From the NCBI GenBank assembly GCA_013239625.1, contig MU055744.1:1084355-1148354 (forward strand): a stretch of 64,000 nt of DNA, in the 5' to 3' direction. Every line of letters begins with the position of its first letter. The first letter of the stretch is position 1. Below the pieces are notes generated by a model that had not been told where the DNA came from, did no database searches, and was given only the letters and a program-made list of their open reading frames with translations. Origin of the DNA: Lama guanicoe (Eukaryota). Positions 23,536 through 34,724 of this stretch are shown here, piece after piece. The position numbers and the translations under genes are program-made.

Positions 23536-24890
23536 TAAATAGAGAACCTCAGGTCATGCTGGATGAAAACAGAGCAGTTCTGTTTCTTCCTCTCCAATCT
23601 GTGTGCCTCGTATTTTTTTTCCTGCCTTATTCCACTGGCAGCACTCGCTCCACACACTGCTGAAGGGGAGAGGCGACACTGCGCGCCTTCGCTCTGCTCC
23701 TGCTCTTGGAGGGAAGCCATTCAGTATTTCATCACTAATTATGATGCTAGCTGTAGGTTTCCTGTAGACATCGTCTGTGAGACTGAGGAAATTCCTTTCT
23801 CTTTCTGGTTTGCTGAAAGTTTTCTTTCATGAATAGATGTTGAATTTTACCAAATGCTTTTTTTTTAACACCTATTGAAATGATCATGTGGTTTTCCTTC
23901 TTTAATTGGTTCCTATGGTGGATGATACTGATCAGCTTTTGAATGCTGAACCAGACTTGCATTCCTGCATCCCTTCGGTCATGATGTGCTATCCTTTGGG
24001 GACAGTGCTTGACTTGATTTACTGATATTCTATCGAGAACGGTTATGTCAAAGTGCATGAGGGATACTGGTCTGTACTTCTTTCTCTGTGGTGTCTTTGT
24101 CGCATTTTGGTGTTGGCATAACGCCAACCTCGTAAAAAGAGCCAGTGACTGCTCCCTTCTCTGCTTTCTGGAACAGGCCGTGTAAGTGTTTGATGGGACT
24201 CTCCAGGACACTCCTCCAGACCTGGAGTTTGCTGCTGTTGCTGCTGCTGCTGCTGGAAGCTCTTAGCAACAAACTCTTTAATGCATGTGGGACTTCAGTA
24301 CATATGAGATGATTCTTTCTTGCGAGAGCTTTGACAGCTTATGTCTCTCAAGGAGTTTGTCTGTCTCACCTCAGCTGTAGAAAGTTTGGGCGTAAAACTG
24401 CTTGTCATGTTCTTGGCTCGCCTTTGAGTGTCTGTAGGACTTGTAGTGATGTCCCGCTTTTCATTCCCGACACTGGTGTCTGTGTCTTCTTTCTTCCTTG
24501 GACAGTCTCACCAGAGATTTGTCAGTTATGTATCACCCTGTTGTACAGGCAACTTTGGTTTCGTTAATTATGCCTTCCTATTGCCTTTCTGCTTCGTTGA
24601 TTTCTGCTCATTATCATTCCCTTCCTTCTGTTTGCTTCGAATTTAATTTGCCTCTTTTTCTAGTTTTTCTTAAAGTGGAAGCTTAGATCACTGATTTTCT
24701 TTTACTATAAATGCTTTTAATAGACGTATTTAACTTTAAATTTTTCTTTAAGTAAATGTTGTATATGTAAATATTCCTTAAACAAATTTAAGCTATAAAT
24801 TTTCCCTTAAACATTGTTTTAGCTGCAAGACACAAAGTTGGTATGTTGTGTTTTAATTTTCATTCAGTCCAGAAGATTTGGTCATTTCCC
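23535..24890 (-). mobile_element. Old LINE-1 ORF2 fragment (RT region), degenerate
   Basis: Minus-strand ORFs read SFYE..PK.DKDTT.KE / KYRPVSLM..D..VL..I....GMQVWFSIQKLISIIHH.NQLK.ENHMIISI..KKAFGKIQHLFMK, the L1 ORF2 RT N-terminal motifs with frameshifts. Confidence 0.9.
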
Positions 24891-25592
24891 TTGCTCTTAC
24901 CCACTCCTACACTAGCTGTGTGGCCCTGGGCGAATAGGGTCATCAGGACTCGGGGGAGCACCTGAGCGGAGGCGCGCCCTCTGGGACTCCGGGAATCCAC
25001 GCCGTCCCAGGCCAGCCCCAAAAGTGCTGTTCCAAAGAGAAAAGGTGAGTCAGGGTCCAGCAGGCCGCCTCAGACACCCTGCTCCAGCTCAGCCGCCTCG
25101 GGGCACCCCACCTGGTGCGGCACTGGGGTCTCAGCCTCCTGGTGCTCTGGCGGTGGCAGCTGGCACGCAGGGTCCACTTAACCATGCTCCAAGGCGACAG
25201 ACTTCTCACCTTTGCAGCTCCTTGTCCGCCAGCCCAAACGCATATGCTGTCAGCAGCCAAGAAGCCCTCACTGTGCAGGGACAGCGGCCCCTAAACTTTC
25301 AAATATTCCTTTCGGACAGAATGAGGATTCCTTTCCCATGTTCCTTGTGGTCACCAAGCCAGCAGCGTCTTGTCTCAGAGCAGAAGCTGCGGGGCAGGGG
25401 TCTTGCCTGCTTGGTTCCTGGAGATCTCCTGAGCCCTCAGGGGACACTGGAGAAAAGCCGGGCTCAGAGCTGAGCCACCTGGTTGCCCGGGGACAGCTCA
25501 GAACCGCCCTGCCCGCTGGGCCCGTCTCTCTCCTTCCAGTCCGGAGCCTGGGCCGGTGTTCTTGCTTCTGAACCGAGGGCATGGTTCTCGTC

Positions 25593-26262
25593 CTTTTTTT
25601 TTTTAATTGAAGTACAGCTGATTTACAGTGTTGTGCTAGTGTCTGTTGCACAGCACAGTGAGTCAGTTATACATATATGTCCTTTTCATTATAGGTTATT
25701 TCAAAATGTTGAATATAGTTCCCTGTGCTGCACAGTAGGACCTTGTTTATCTATTTTGTATATAGTAGTTTTTCTCTGCTAATCCCAAACTCCTGATGTG
25801 TCCCTCCCCCGCCCCTTTCCCCTTCGGTGACCTTACGTTTGTTGTAAGACTCAGTGTCTGTGAGTCTGTTTCTGTTTTGTAAATAAGTTCATTTGTGTCA
25901 TTTTTTAGATTCCACATGTAGGTGATATCATATAATATTTGTCTTTCTCTTTCTGACTTACTTCNNNNNNNNNNNNNNNNNNNNNNNNNNNNNNNNNNNN
26001 NNNNNNNNNNNNNNNNNNNNNNNNNNNNNNNNNNNNNNNNNNNNNNNNNNNNNNNNNNNNNNNNNNNNNNNNNNNNNNNNNNNNNNNNNNNNNNNNNNNN
26101 NNNNNNNNNNNNNNNNNNNNNNNNNNNNNNAGTGCTGCTGTGAACATGAGGGTGCATATATCTTTTCGACTTAGAGTTTCCCCCAGATATATGCCCAGGA
26201 GTGGGATTGCTGGGTCACAGGGTAAGTGCGTGTCTAGTTTTGTAAGGACTCACCATACTGTT
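25593..26262 (-). mobile_element. 5'-truncated LINE-1 3' end (artiodactyl-type), containing N gap 25965-26130
   Basis: poly(T), then TTAATTGAAGTACAGCTGATTTACAGTGTTGTG...TTTTGTAAATAAGTTCATTTGTGTCATTTTTTAGATTCCACAT...GCCCAGGAGTGGGATTGCTGGGTC. Confidence 0.9.
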
Positions 26263-27103
26263 TTAGGGCACGGGTGTTTCTGAGAAAAGATGCCAAGTCC
26301 TGAGCTGGCAGCTTCACCCTGCAGCCAGCTGTGACCTGGGTGCAGACACCCCTCCAGGGGGCCGTCTCTGTCTCACCAGACGAGCCCACCCCAGGCCAGG
26401 ATGGTCCATGGTGTCCATGCCAGGCCTCTCACACCACACTCCCAGGACCCTCCAGCTGCTCCCCATGTAAGGAAGGGGAGGGAGAGAGACAGAGAGTGTG
26501 AGCACGTGGGAACAGTTCTCAGGTGCCTGGTGGGCCCAGGGTGGACAGCTCACAGGACCATGGGCAGACACAGTCCTCGGCCTCTGCCTTCACCCTGACC
26601 TGTCACCATCTGGAGCCAAGTCTGCCTTTCCCACCAGCGCAGGCGCCCCACCCCTGCACGCTGGCAGGGGAAGTGGCTGGTGGGGCCCGAGCCCCGGCTG
26701 CCTCTGTCCACCCCACACACATCCCAGGCCTCTCGTACAGCGGCCCTGCCAGGGCCCTCCACTGCTGCCCCCGCTTCTTGCTGCGCCTGGAACAGGCCTC
26801 ACAATGTTCCCTGTTTCTCCAAGATGCAGAAATTGTGGGTGGCGTCCGTGTTCTTGTACCAAATTAGCCACACTTAACTGTCGTGCCCGCAGCCTGCGCT
26901 CGCCCACAGCGGGCCTGACTCGCTCACTTGATGCCACTTGACATTCACAAGCAGTCACCCTCGCCCCATCCACCCGCCAATTACCCGGCCCTGATGCCTG
27001 GGTGCCAGGGCCAGAACAGCCGAGCTGCCGTGTGCCTTGGGGTGGTGTGTGTCCTCTCCATGGAGCAGGGCTGAGGGTCAAACCAGACCTCTGGGCCCCT
27101 GCT

Positions 27104-27391
27104 GGACCACCTGTGAGGAGGAGGACCACCACCTGTGAGGAGCACCACCTGCAAGGAGGACTACCACCTGTGAGGAAGAGCACCACCTGTGAGGAGGAGC
27201 ACCTATAAGGAGGAGCACCTGTGGGGAGGAGCAGCACCTGTGGGGAGGAGCACCTGTGGGGAGGAGCACCACCTGTGGGGAGGAGCACCTGTGAGGAGCA
27301 GCACCTGTGGGGAGGAGCAGCACCTGTGGAGAGGAGCAGCACCTGTGGGGAGGAGCACCACATGTGAGGAGGAGCACCTGTGAGGAGGAGC
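27104..27391. repeat. Minisatellite, variable 14-19 bp unit GAGGAG(CAS)CACCTGTG(GG)
   Basis: About 16 visible units; 14 perfect CACCTG. Confidence 0.92.
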
Positions 27392-27564
27392 TGGATCACA
27401 GGCGCAACCCAGCAGCACAGACTCAGCAGCCTGCCTCAGGACAAGACCTCCGCCAGCCCAGCCAGCAGCTCTTTCTCCTGCAGGACTGTCCCCACCCCAG
27501 AGGACCCCCTGATGGCACTGAGACAGGCAGAGGGCTGGCCGGTTGGAGCTAAGCCACGGAGAAG

Positions 27565-27815
27565 GTAGAAGTTTAAGCAAGCAGGTTTAGGGGTTCAGGA
27601 AATGAGACTGGCTCAAGTTCGGTCCCCACTCCACCACTCTCTGGCTGTGTGACATTGAGCAAGTCTCTTACCCTCTCTGAGCTTTAGTTTCCTCTCTTTC
27701 AACATGGGGACAGTAATCCCCACATGGCCGGGTATTAAAGAGCCACTGCATCTAAAGGATGTGGCACAGGGTAGGGCACGACCACAGGCTCCGGGCGTTT
27801 GTTGAATGACTGAAC
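27565..27815 (+). mobile_element. MIR (with L2-like 3' end TTGTTGAATGACTGAA)
   Basis: CCACTCTCTGGCTGTGTGACATTGAGCAAGTCTCTTACCCTCTCTGAGCTTTAGTTTCCTC..CAACATGGGGACAGTAAT. Confidence 0.7.
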
Positions 27816-28149
27816 GGGAGAACGAATGTGTACGCGCCTGCGTGCCGGCTGACAGCCCTCTGCGTACCCTGCACGACGGGCTGACGGCCTCGGTTCCCGG
27901 GATGCCTCCTGGGGAAGGGACCCAAGACCCAGCGCGTGGTTACATAAACAGCACTGGGTTGAGAGTCCGGAGCCGTGGTCCCCTCCTACCCGCTACTCCT
28001 GGCACTTGTTGACCCCAGGTAATAACTCCTTGAGAGTCGGTGAAAAGCTGGCGGAGGGTGAAAAGCCAAGGTCTCGGCCGAAGGAGGCCAGTGCAGGAAG
28101 GACGTTGTCTCCTTCCCGCCCGGACGGCACGGTGGGGATGAGTCAGGTG

Positions 28150-28295
28150 GGCTCCTCTCAAATCTACGTTTTGTTGCATTTAAAAGCTGACACATGAAAA
28201 GTATGTAAAAATCTCACGGAGCCATAGACTTACAATTCATTCCCTTGACTGTGTATAAGCTAAACCTCAATTTTTAAACTATTTTAAAATAAAAC
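28150..28295 (+). mobile_element. Old L1M 3' tail fragment
   Basis: GTAAAAATCTCACGGAGCCATAGACTTA...TGTATAAGCTAAACCTCAATTTTTAAA. Confidence 0.45.
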
Positions 28296-31200
28296 CTGAA
28301 TATGGCTCGCTGGACAAAAAGCCATCACTAAGGTAATAAACATCTAACCCATCCGATTTCCCTTCCCCAGGGGCAACCAGCGTCGGAGGGGATCAGGGAG
28401 GCAGGCCTGGCACCGGGGGCTCCTGGGGGGCCGGTACACACTCGGTCACCTTGTGTTTTTTTCACTGTGGGACATTAGGGACTTTCAAGTGCTGCTCAGG
28501 CAGGAAGATCCGGGCCTCCAGGAACAAGAAAGCCCCGGCGATGGGCGATGGGTGAGGGAGGTCAGAGCAGGCGAGGAGAGCGGAGCCTGGAAAGAAGAGG
28601 CCGGAGCGCCGAGCCCAGCAGCGGCCCTGGGAGCCCCCCTCCCCGGCACTGTGAGTGTGCACCGTGTCCGTGCAATTGAAGTCCAGAGAGGACTCTGCCC
28701 AGGCCGCCCCTTAGGGCCCAGGGGAGATGACGGAGACCCTCAGGGCCCTCCTACAGTGGGTGCGGGAGGGAGTCCTCGGGCTGCAAGCCCCCTGATTCCA
28801 GGAAGCCCCCAGAAGCCCCGCTGCTGAGGGGAAAGTGAATCAGCCAAGTCCTGGCTCCTCCACTCACCAGGGACTCTCAAGAACCAATCGACCTCAGACT
28901 GCAATGGAAAATAGGACAGCAGAGTCGCCTTGAGCCCTCGAGGTGGGGGGGCCAAGGGCTTGAAACCTCTTAGTCCCTGTCCCTTCTCTTCAACTACGAG
29001 CAGAGCACGGAGGCCCTCCTGGCCTCTGACGGTCCAGCGGAGCCTGGCAAGGCCGTCGGGTCCCGCACCCCTGGGGCCCAGCCTCACCCTGCCCTGTGGT
29101 GGATGCAGAAAGGCTGGGGCAGCCCAGCGCCAGGGTCCAGGCCACCCCCCAGCCGCTGCGAGACCAGCAGCGCCCCCCTCCACGGCCACCCTTCCGCAGA
29201 TTTCCAGAAAACCGCCCCAGCTTCCCTCCTGCAGGTCCTGCGAGCAGATCCCACCTCCATCCCTCTAGGTTCCTCCCTGTCCCGATCGCCTCTGCCTCCC
29301 TCTCTCTCCCTCTCTGTCTCCTGCCCCCCCCGCCCGCTTTCTCCCTGCCTCGACTCGTGGGGAGGGAAGCAGCCGCGTCCTGCGCGGTAACAAATCTTCT
29401 GCGCTGTTCCTCTCCTTTATTTACACCGAGCGCACAGTAGCAATTCAATCTGAAAAAGTGCCGTGTTTTCGGAGGCATGCAGCCCGAGAAATTGATGTTT
29501 GTGTTACTCAATCTTGTAGGAGCCTGCGGGGCTTGGAGAGGTGCGACACCAGAGAATTCTTCTATTGATTAATTGGACTCCGAGCGGGGGGGGGGTGGAA
29601 AATCAAACACTCCAAGTGCCTGAAAGCTTCAGAGACAGGCCAGGTTCGAGTCCCCAACCCCTGCCCAGCCCGAGGTGTGTCTACAGGTCCTCGGCCCCCC
29701 TCACCGCCTCCTCCCTCGGCTTCCAGCACCGGCTGGGGCTCAGGACTCCCAGCTCCAGGGCCAGCTCTGCCTGGCCCCCTGTGGGACTTTGGGGCGACTT
29801 CTTTACTGTCTGAGAAAGCTGGACCGGGGACAGCCACCCCTCACCCCGCCCCCCTCCCACTGCCACCTGCTGGGTCTAACCCCTCCAGAAACTCTCAGCC
29901 CTCTACACCACCGAGCAGACCCCACGTGGCCCCATGGCCAGTGTGGACAGGACCTGGGCTCCGGACGCGTGTGGCTGCACATGCCGGTGAGGGGACCACA
30001 CCCCCACACTGGGCTTCCCGCGACCTCCACCCCGCACCCCCCGCTGGAAACTCTCTGAGCTGGCCCAGAGCTGCCCGTCGGCTGGCTGGGCCGGTGGAAG
30101 CAAGGCGGGCACTCAGGGATCAGAGCCAGCCCGTACTCATCCAGGACAGGCCGGCAATAAATCCAGAGGGCGTGCCTCCTGGGTTCAGTAATCCAAGGCC
30201 TGGACTCCGTGGACAGTTCCAGGAGCAACCACGGACCTCTCTCCCAGGGCCTGGGAGAGGCAGGAAGTGGCAGGAGGGAAGCGTGGAGGAAATGTGGAGA
30301 TGCTCTGTGTCTGTGATGCCCACGGGGCTGACACAGAGAGGGACCCTGTCCGGTTCTCACTGATGGCGAGAGACGGCAGGCCCATCTCACAGAGGGGAAG
30401 ACTGAGGCTGAGCTGGAGAAGGACAGCCAGGACTGGAAGCCAGACCTCAGGACCACAGGGCCCGTGCTCTGCTCCAAGATGCCTGGCTCCAGGGACCTGG
30501 TGCTGGGACATCGTCCTCGCCACCCAGGGAGGTTGTGGGGACGTGCGAGGTGGGCCCACTCCAGGGCATCCTGGGGAGGCTGGGCATCTGACCACTTCCC
30601 CATTGGCTGAAGGTCTGGGGGCACTTGTCCCAGTAGGCCCATCACGAGAGGGTTAAACTGTCCCCTCGTGCAGGGCTCACTAGCCTCAAACATGCACAGA
30701 ATGACATGAGCTGGACCCTCTGGTCCTCCGGCGTCACTCTCATTGATCATGCACCTGCTGTCTGCCAGCGAATACTCCTCACCATCTGAGGGGACCCTGG
30801 CTGGAGGCGCTTTCCCTGAGGAGGCAAAACCTGGAGCCATGAGCCTGACCACAGCTGAGCAGCCAGGTCATCTTCTCCACAATCCGGTGACGAGGCAGAG
30901 ATGGCCCAGGTCAGAGCAGGCAGGGCCCAGTCCTACCGAGGCCTCTCGCTGGCTCTGCGGCTTTGGGCACCTTGGCCCTGTTCCCCTGGCCTCGGTGTCC
31001 CCATCTGTGAAGTGGGTCGGAAGAAAGACATCAGCAGTGACCACAGCCAGTGCACTGTGCTGGGAAGCCTGCCGGTCAAGCTTTGTCTGGAGCCAACGTA
31101 ACCTCTGCCCAGCTTGATGGAAGGAGCTGGAAACGGCTCAAGGACTCCCGTCCTCACCCGCTCTGCGGCACCCCCCGTGCCGAGGGGAAGCACCAGCCTG

Positions 31201-31805
31201 GGCCCCGTGCGCTGCCCGGGGCCAGCCCTCCTCCGCTCAAGGCCTCCCCTCCGAGGCTCGCCCCTGACACCGGAGGGGTGGGGGCTGAGGGCTCGGGGAG
31301 TGGCTGGGCCCGTCGCGCTCTGGACTGAAAAGGAAGCGGATTTCTCAGGATTATCAAAAGGCATTTTTTTAAACTGCTAATTGGGTGAGTCCTGCCCCAT
31401 TTCCCTCCCCATGCTCGCACGCACACACACACGCACACCCGTTCACATATCTTTGATTTTCCAACAAACAAACAGAGCACAATCTCTGTTACTGCACACA
31501 ATGTCCTGTTTAGGTTGACAAGCGCCCGTGGGGATGACCCCAAACCGTTCCACCACGAAATGCGCTTCCAGGAAGGGGTCGATGGCTCGGGCGCACCCGT
31601 GCCCCCCCACCGCTGGCTGGAACCCACCCCCACCCCCCGTAGCACAAGCTGAATCCCAGGGAGCAGCTCCACCACACCCGCCGCAGCTGCCCGGCCGAGG
31701 GCCTCCCCCAGCTCCCCCAAGACACGCCGACGTGACCACGGTCGAGGAAGGAGCAACTTGACTGGACGCAGAAAAATGGTAACGTTCAGCCGTGCAAGAC
31801 GGGGT

Positions 31806-31944
31806 GGGGGAGGGCACAGCTCAGCGGCAGAGCGCGTGCTCAGCACGCCTGAGGTCCCGGGTTCAATCCCCAGTGCCTCCGCTAAACACATAAAGAAAAA
31901 GGCTAATTACCTCCCCACCACAAAAAGAAACTTAAAAAAAAAAA
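31806..31944 (+). mobile_element. Vic-1-type camelid SINE
   Basis: GGGGAGGGCACAGCTCAGCGGCAGAGCGCGTGCTCAGCACGCCTGAGGTCCCGGGTTCAATCCCCAGTGCCTCC...CTAATTACCTCCCC plus poly(A). Confidence 0.88.
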
Positions 31945-33639
31945 TACTATGAGAAACAAATTACAGACAAAGCCACAGGACAAAAGACACTCCTGGAAAC
32001 GGACTTGCCACGCGCACAACGGGGAAAGACGTTCTGTCGTTCACACGTGTGGTTGTCCTGTTACGGCAAGTGGGACAAGCGTGTGAGCGCCATGGTCACC
32101 ACGCAGCTCGGAGTGTTTAACTTCACAAAAGTCACAGCTGCACGTTGACGGGACGAGGACATCCCTTGCCGATCAGCAGTGACTGTTTCGTCACTGCCTG
32201 AAGTGAACGAGACCGAAGGGCTCAAAGCCCCCAGCAGCTGGGTTCAGTTCCCACTTTCCGTCGGGCCTAGAACAAAACGTGGAGGCCAGGGCGGGCGGGG
32301 AGGCAGAACGGCTCCCCAGACCCAGCTGAGGGCCGCACCTGGGGGTGCAGGAAAGGTGGGGCTGGAGCCAGGCTGCAGCTCCCCCAGGGCCCTCGGCCCC
32401 GAAGACGCCTCCTCGTCACCAAACAGGCTGGGAGCTCCCCCGCCAGCAGCCAGCCCCACGGCGCTGCCCGGGCTCCGCAGGGCCGGCTCGCGGACCAGCT
32501 TGTGGGCCGGCTGACGTGCCGTGTTCACTCATCCCTTCCTGCCCAGCTCTCTTGTTTACTTAGCCTGGAGTAACCCCTGCATTGCCTCCGCTCCGCTGGG
32601 AGCCAGCGTCCTCCACACTTGGCCCACGACCTTGGGATTCTGGGCTGCGTGCTCCTCTTCCCTCCCGGGCCGGTATCCAGGGTGGGCCCGGGGGACCCGT
32701 GCACGAGGCCCTGCGCTGACCACATCGGGCAGCAAAGCACGGCCTGAGCATGGCCGGGCCCTCCTCCCTTGTGTGTCCTCCTCAGCAAAAGGGGGCGACC
32801 CTGCCTGCCTCCTCACGCCCTACGTGTGCACAGTAGGTGTGACCCGTGAGGGCGCGGGTGTGTTTGTCTGGATGGGGGCACGTTCCGGGGCTCTAGGACC
32901 TGAGCGAGCCCTCCACTGGGGCTCTTGGGAAGGTCTCGTGGAGGGAGAGTTGAGTGGACACCCGGCACTGTGGGCGTCAACTTCTAGAAGGAGAAGTCTG
33001 AGGAAAACACAGGGACCGAGGGGGACGGTGCTCGGGACAGGAGGTGGCTGCGGGCTGATTTTGGCTGGGGTGTCAAGACAGACTTTTCCCAAGAGGTGAC
33101 GATTCAGCTTCGATCTGAAGGCCAAGGCGGAGCTGGCCATGCAGTGATCTGAAGAAAGGGAATCCAGACCTCAGGCTGGCACGTGCAAAGGCCCTGAGGT
33201 AGCGTGAGTTTGGTAGATGAATCCAAACTGGGACGGCGCCAGAGGGGTGGAGCTCAGGGAGGCCATCGGTGCCTCCTTCCCAGCTGCCTTCCAGCCTCAG
33301 CCCCTCTAATCCCAGTTCCAAGCGAGAGACCTCTGACCTTCCTGGCCTGCATGCCCTGGGCTCCTGACATCAATCATGTGGCCCCAAATCCATTGACCCC
33401 CAGGTTCATTCCTCACACCTCACGCAGCTTCATTCTGCCTCCCCACCCGACTGGGGAGTGTTGGGGTGGGGAGGGGGCTGGCTACTTGCACAGCCTCGCC
33501 AGCCTCTGCATTTCCTTTTGGGCCTGATGGAAAATACGAAAAGCACACAGCTTCTAGGGGATTTGAGCCCCTGGAATCCTGAACACAACTGCATTTTTCT
33601 GGAGCGGGAACAGGGTTCTTTCAGAGTTTAAAAGGCCTG

Positions 33640-33912
33640 TGACGACCCCCAAAACCTCACCCCGCCAGCAAGAATCTTCCCATTTCACAGATGCAGGAGT
33701 GACTTCCCCGAGGTCTGGAGGGGACTGGTGACAGTGCAGGGCCAAAACCCAAGTCCTGACCCCGGGGAAGGGCTGCTTCACTGGAAGGACCCAGCCCTCG
33801 GGGGGTCAAGGACGAGGTCCAGGCTGGAAACAACAGCGGCAGCTCAGCCTGCCCAGCCCTGGCCGGCCTTCACCATAGACCCATTTACAGATGCAGAGAC
33901 TGAGGCTTGGCG
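33640..33912 (-). mobile_element. MIR fragments
   Basis: CCCATTTCACAGATGCAGG..GTGACTTCCCCGAGGTC; CCCATTTACAGATGCAGAGACTGAGGCTT. Confidence 0.5.
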
Positions 33913-33914
33913 AG

Positions 33915-34427
33915 TGCAGTGGGGTGAATGGTGGCCCCACAAGCTATGTCTCCCGGAACCTATGAATGTGATCTTAGTGGGGAAAAGGGTCTTTGCAGAT
34001 GTAATTAGGTTAAGGATCTCAAAGTGAGATCACCCTGGGTTACCAGTGGCTGGTGTCCTTGCAGGAGACAGAAGGGGGAGGTGCGTGGGTACAGCTCAGT
34101 GGTAGAGCGTGTGCTTAGCATGCACAAAGTCCTGGGTTCAATCCCCAGGGCCTCCATTAAAAAAAAGAGACAGAGACAGAAGAGGAGAGACCACGTGAAG
34201 GTGGAGTGGAAACTGGAGGGGGGCGGCCACAAGCCAAGGATGCCTGGAGCCCCCAGCAGCTGCACAAGGCAGGAAGGACCCGCGCCTGGAGCCTCCGGGG
34301 GGAGCGCAGTCCTGTGACACTGGATTTCAGACTTCTGGCCTCCAGAACGGGAGAGAATACATTTCTGTGGCTTTCGGCCCCGAGTCTGCAGTCACAGTGG
34401 TCACAGTAGCCACAGGACCCACACGCA
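33915..34427 (+). mobile_element. MaLR solo LTR (MLT1B/C-like)
   Basis: TG start GGTGAATGGTGGCCCC...GGAACCTATGAATGTGA...GGGTCTTTGCAGATGTAATTAGGTTAAGGATCTC...CCACAAGCCAAGGATGCCTGGAGCC...GATTTCAGACTTCTGGCCTCCAGAAC...ATACATTTCTG. Confidence 0.85.
34081..34167 (+). mobile_element. Vic-1-type SINE inserted in an MLT1 LTR
   Basis: GGGTACAGCTCAGTGGTAGAGCGTGTGCTTAGCATGCACAAAGTCCTGGGTTCAATCCCCAGGGCCTCCATTAAAAAAAA; flanking direct repeat GAGACAGAAG (34065-34074 and 34173-34182). Confidence 0.88.
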
Positions 34428-34667
34428 GAGAACTTCACTTGCCCCTGGGGATGAAGCGGGGGCTCAGCCCGGTGGGTGGGACCCCCAGAGTCTAAGCAGG
34501 AGACCGCCCTGCACTGTCCTGGACAGAGAGCCCCAGAGAGCCGCACCAGGCACTCCCGCCTGTGCTCCAGGCTCCAGCTGCACACCCCCCCACCGCGTCC
34601 GGCTCACAGCCCGGCCAGCAGGAGGCACCCGGTAACCACCACCCTGGCCCTGCAGCAAGCCCCGGGG

Positions 34668-34724
34668 CCCGGCGTGGCTCCTCTCCCCGGCGTGGCTCCG
34701 CTCCCCGGCGTGGCTCCTCTCCCC
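34668..34724. repeat. 18-bp tandem repeat x3
   Basis: CCCGGCGTGGCTCC(T/G)CTC. Confidence 0.88.

Noticed and set aside
23747-24272. Functional reverse transcriptase gene
   Set aside because: Frameshifted, truncated, heavily diverged L1 ORF2 remnant
25965-26130. Hidden feature in the 166-nt N gap
   Set aside because: Both flanks are collinear L1 3'-region sequence, and the gap length is about what the L1 consensus would fill
27104-27391. CRISPR-like array or repetitive protein ORF (26590-27399)
   Set aside because: No unique spacers, eukaryotic context; the ORF only reflects a stop-free minisatellite
34081-34160. tRNA-Ala(AGC) gene (also 22812, 31806, 52484)
   Set aside because: Acceptor-stem mismatches, A-rich tails, TSD-like repeats and a shared non-tRNA tail mark these as SINE copies, not tRNA genes
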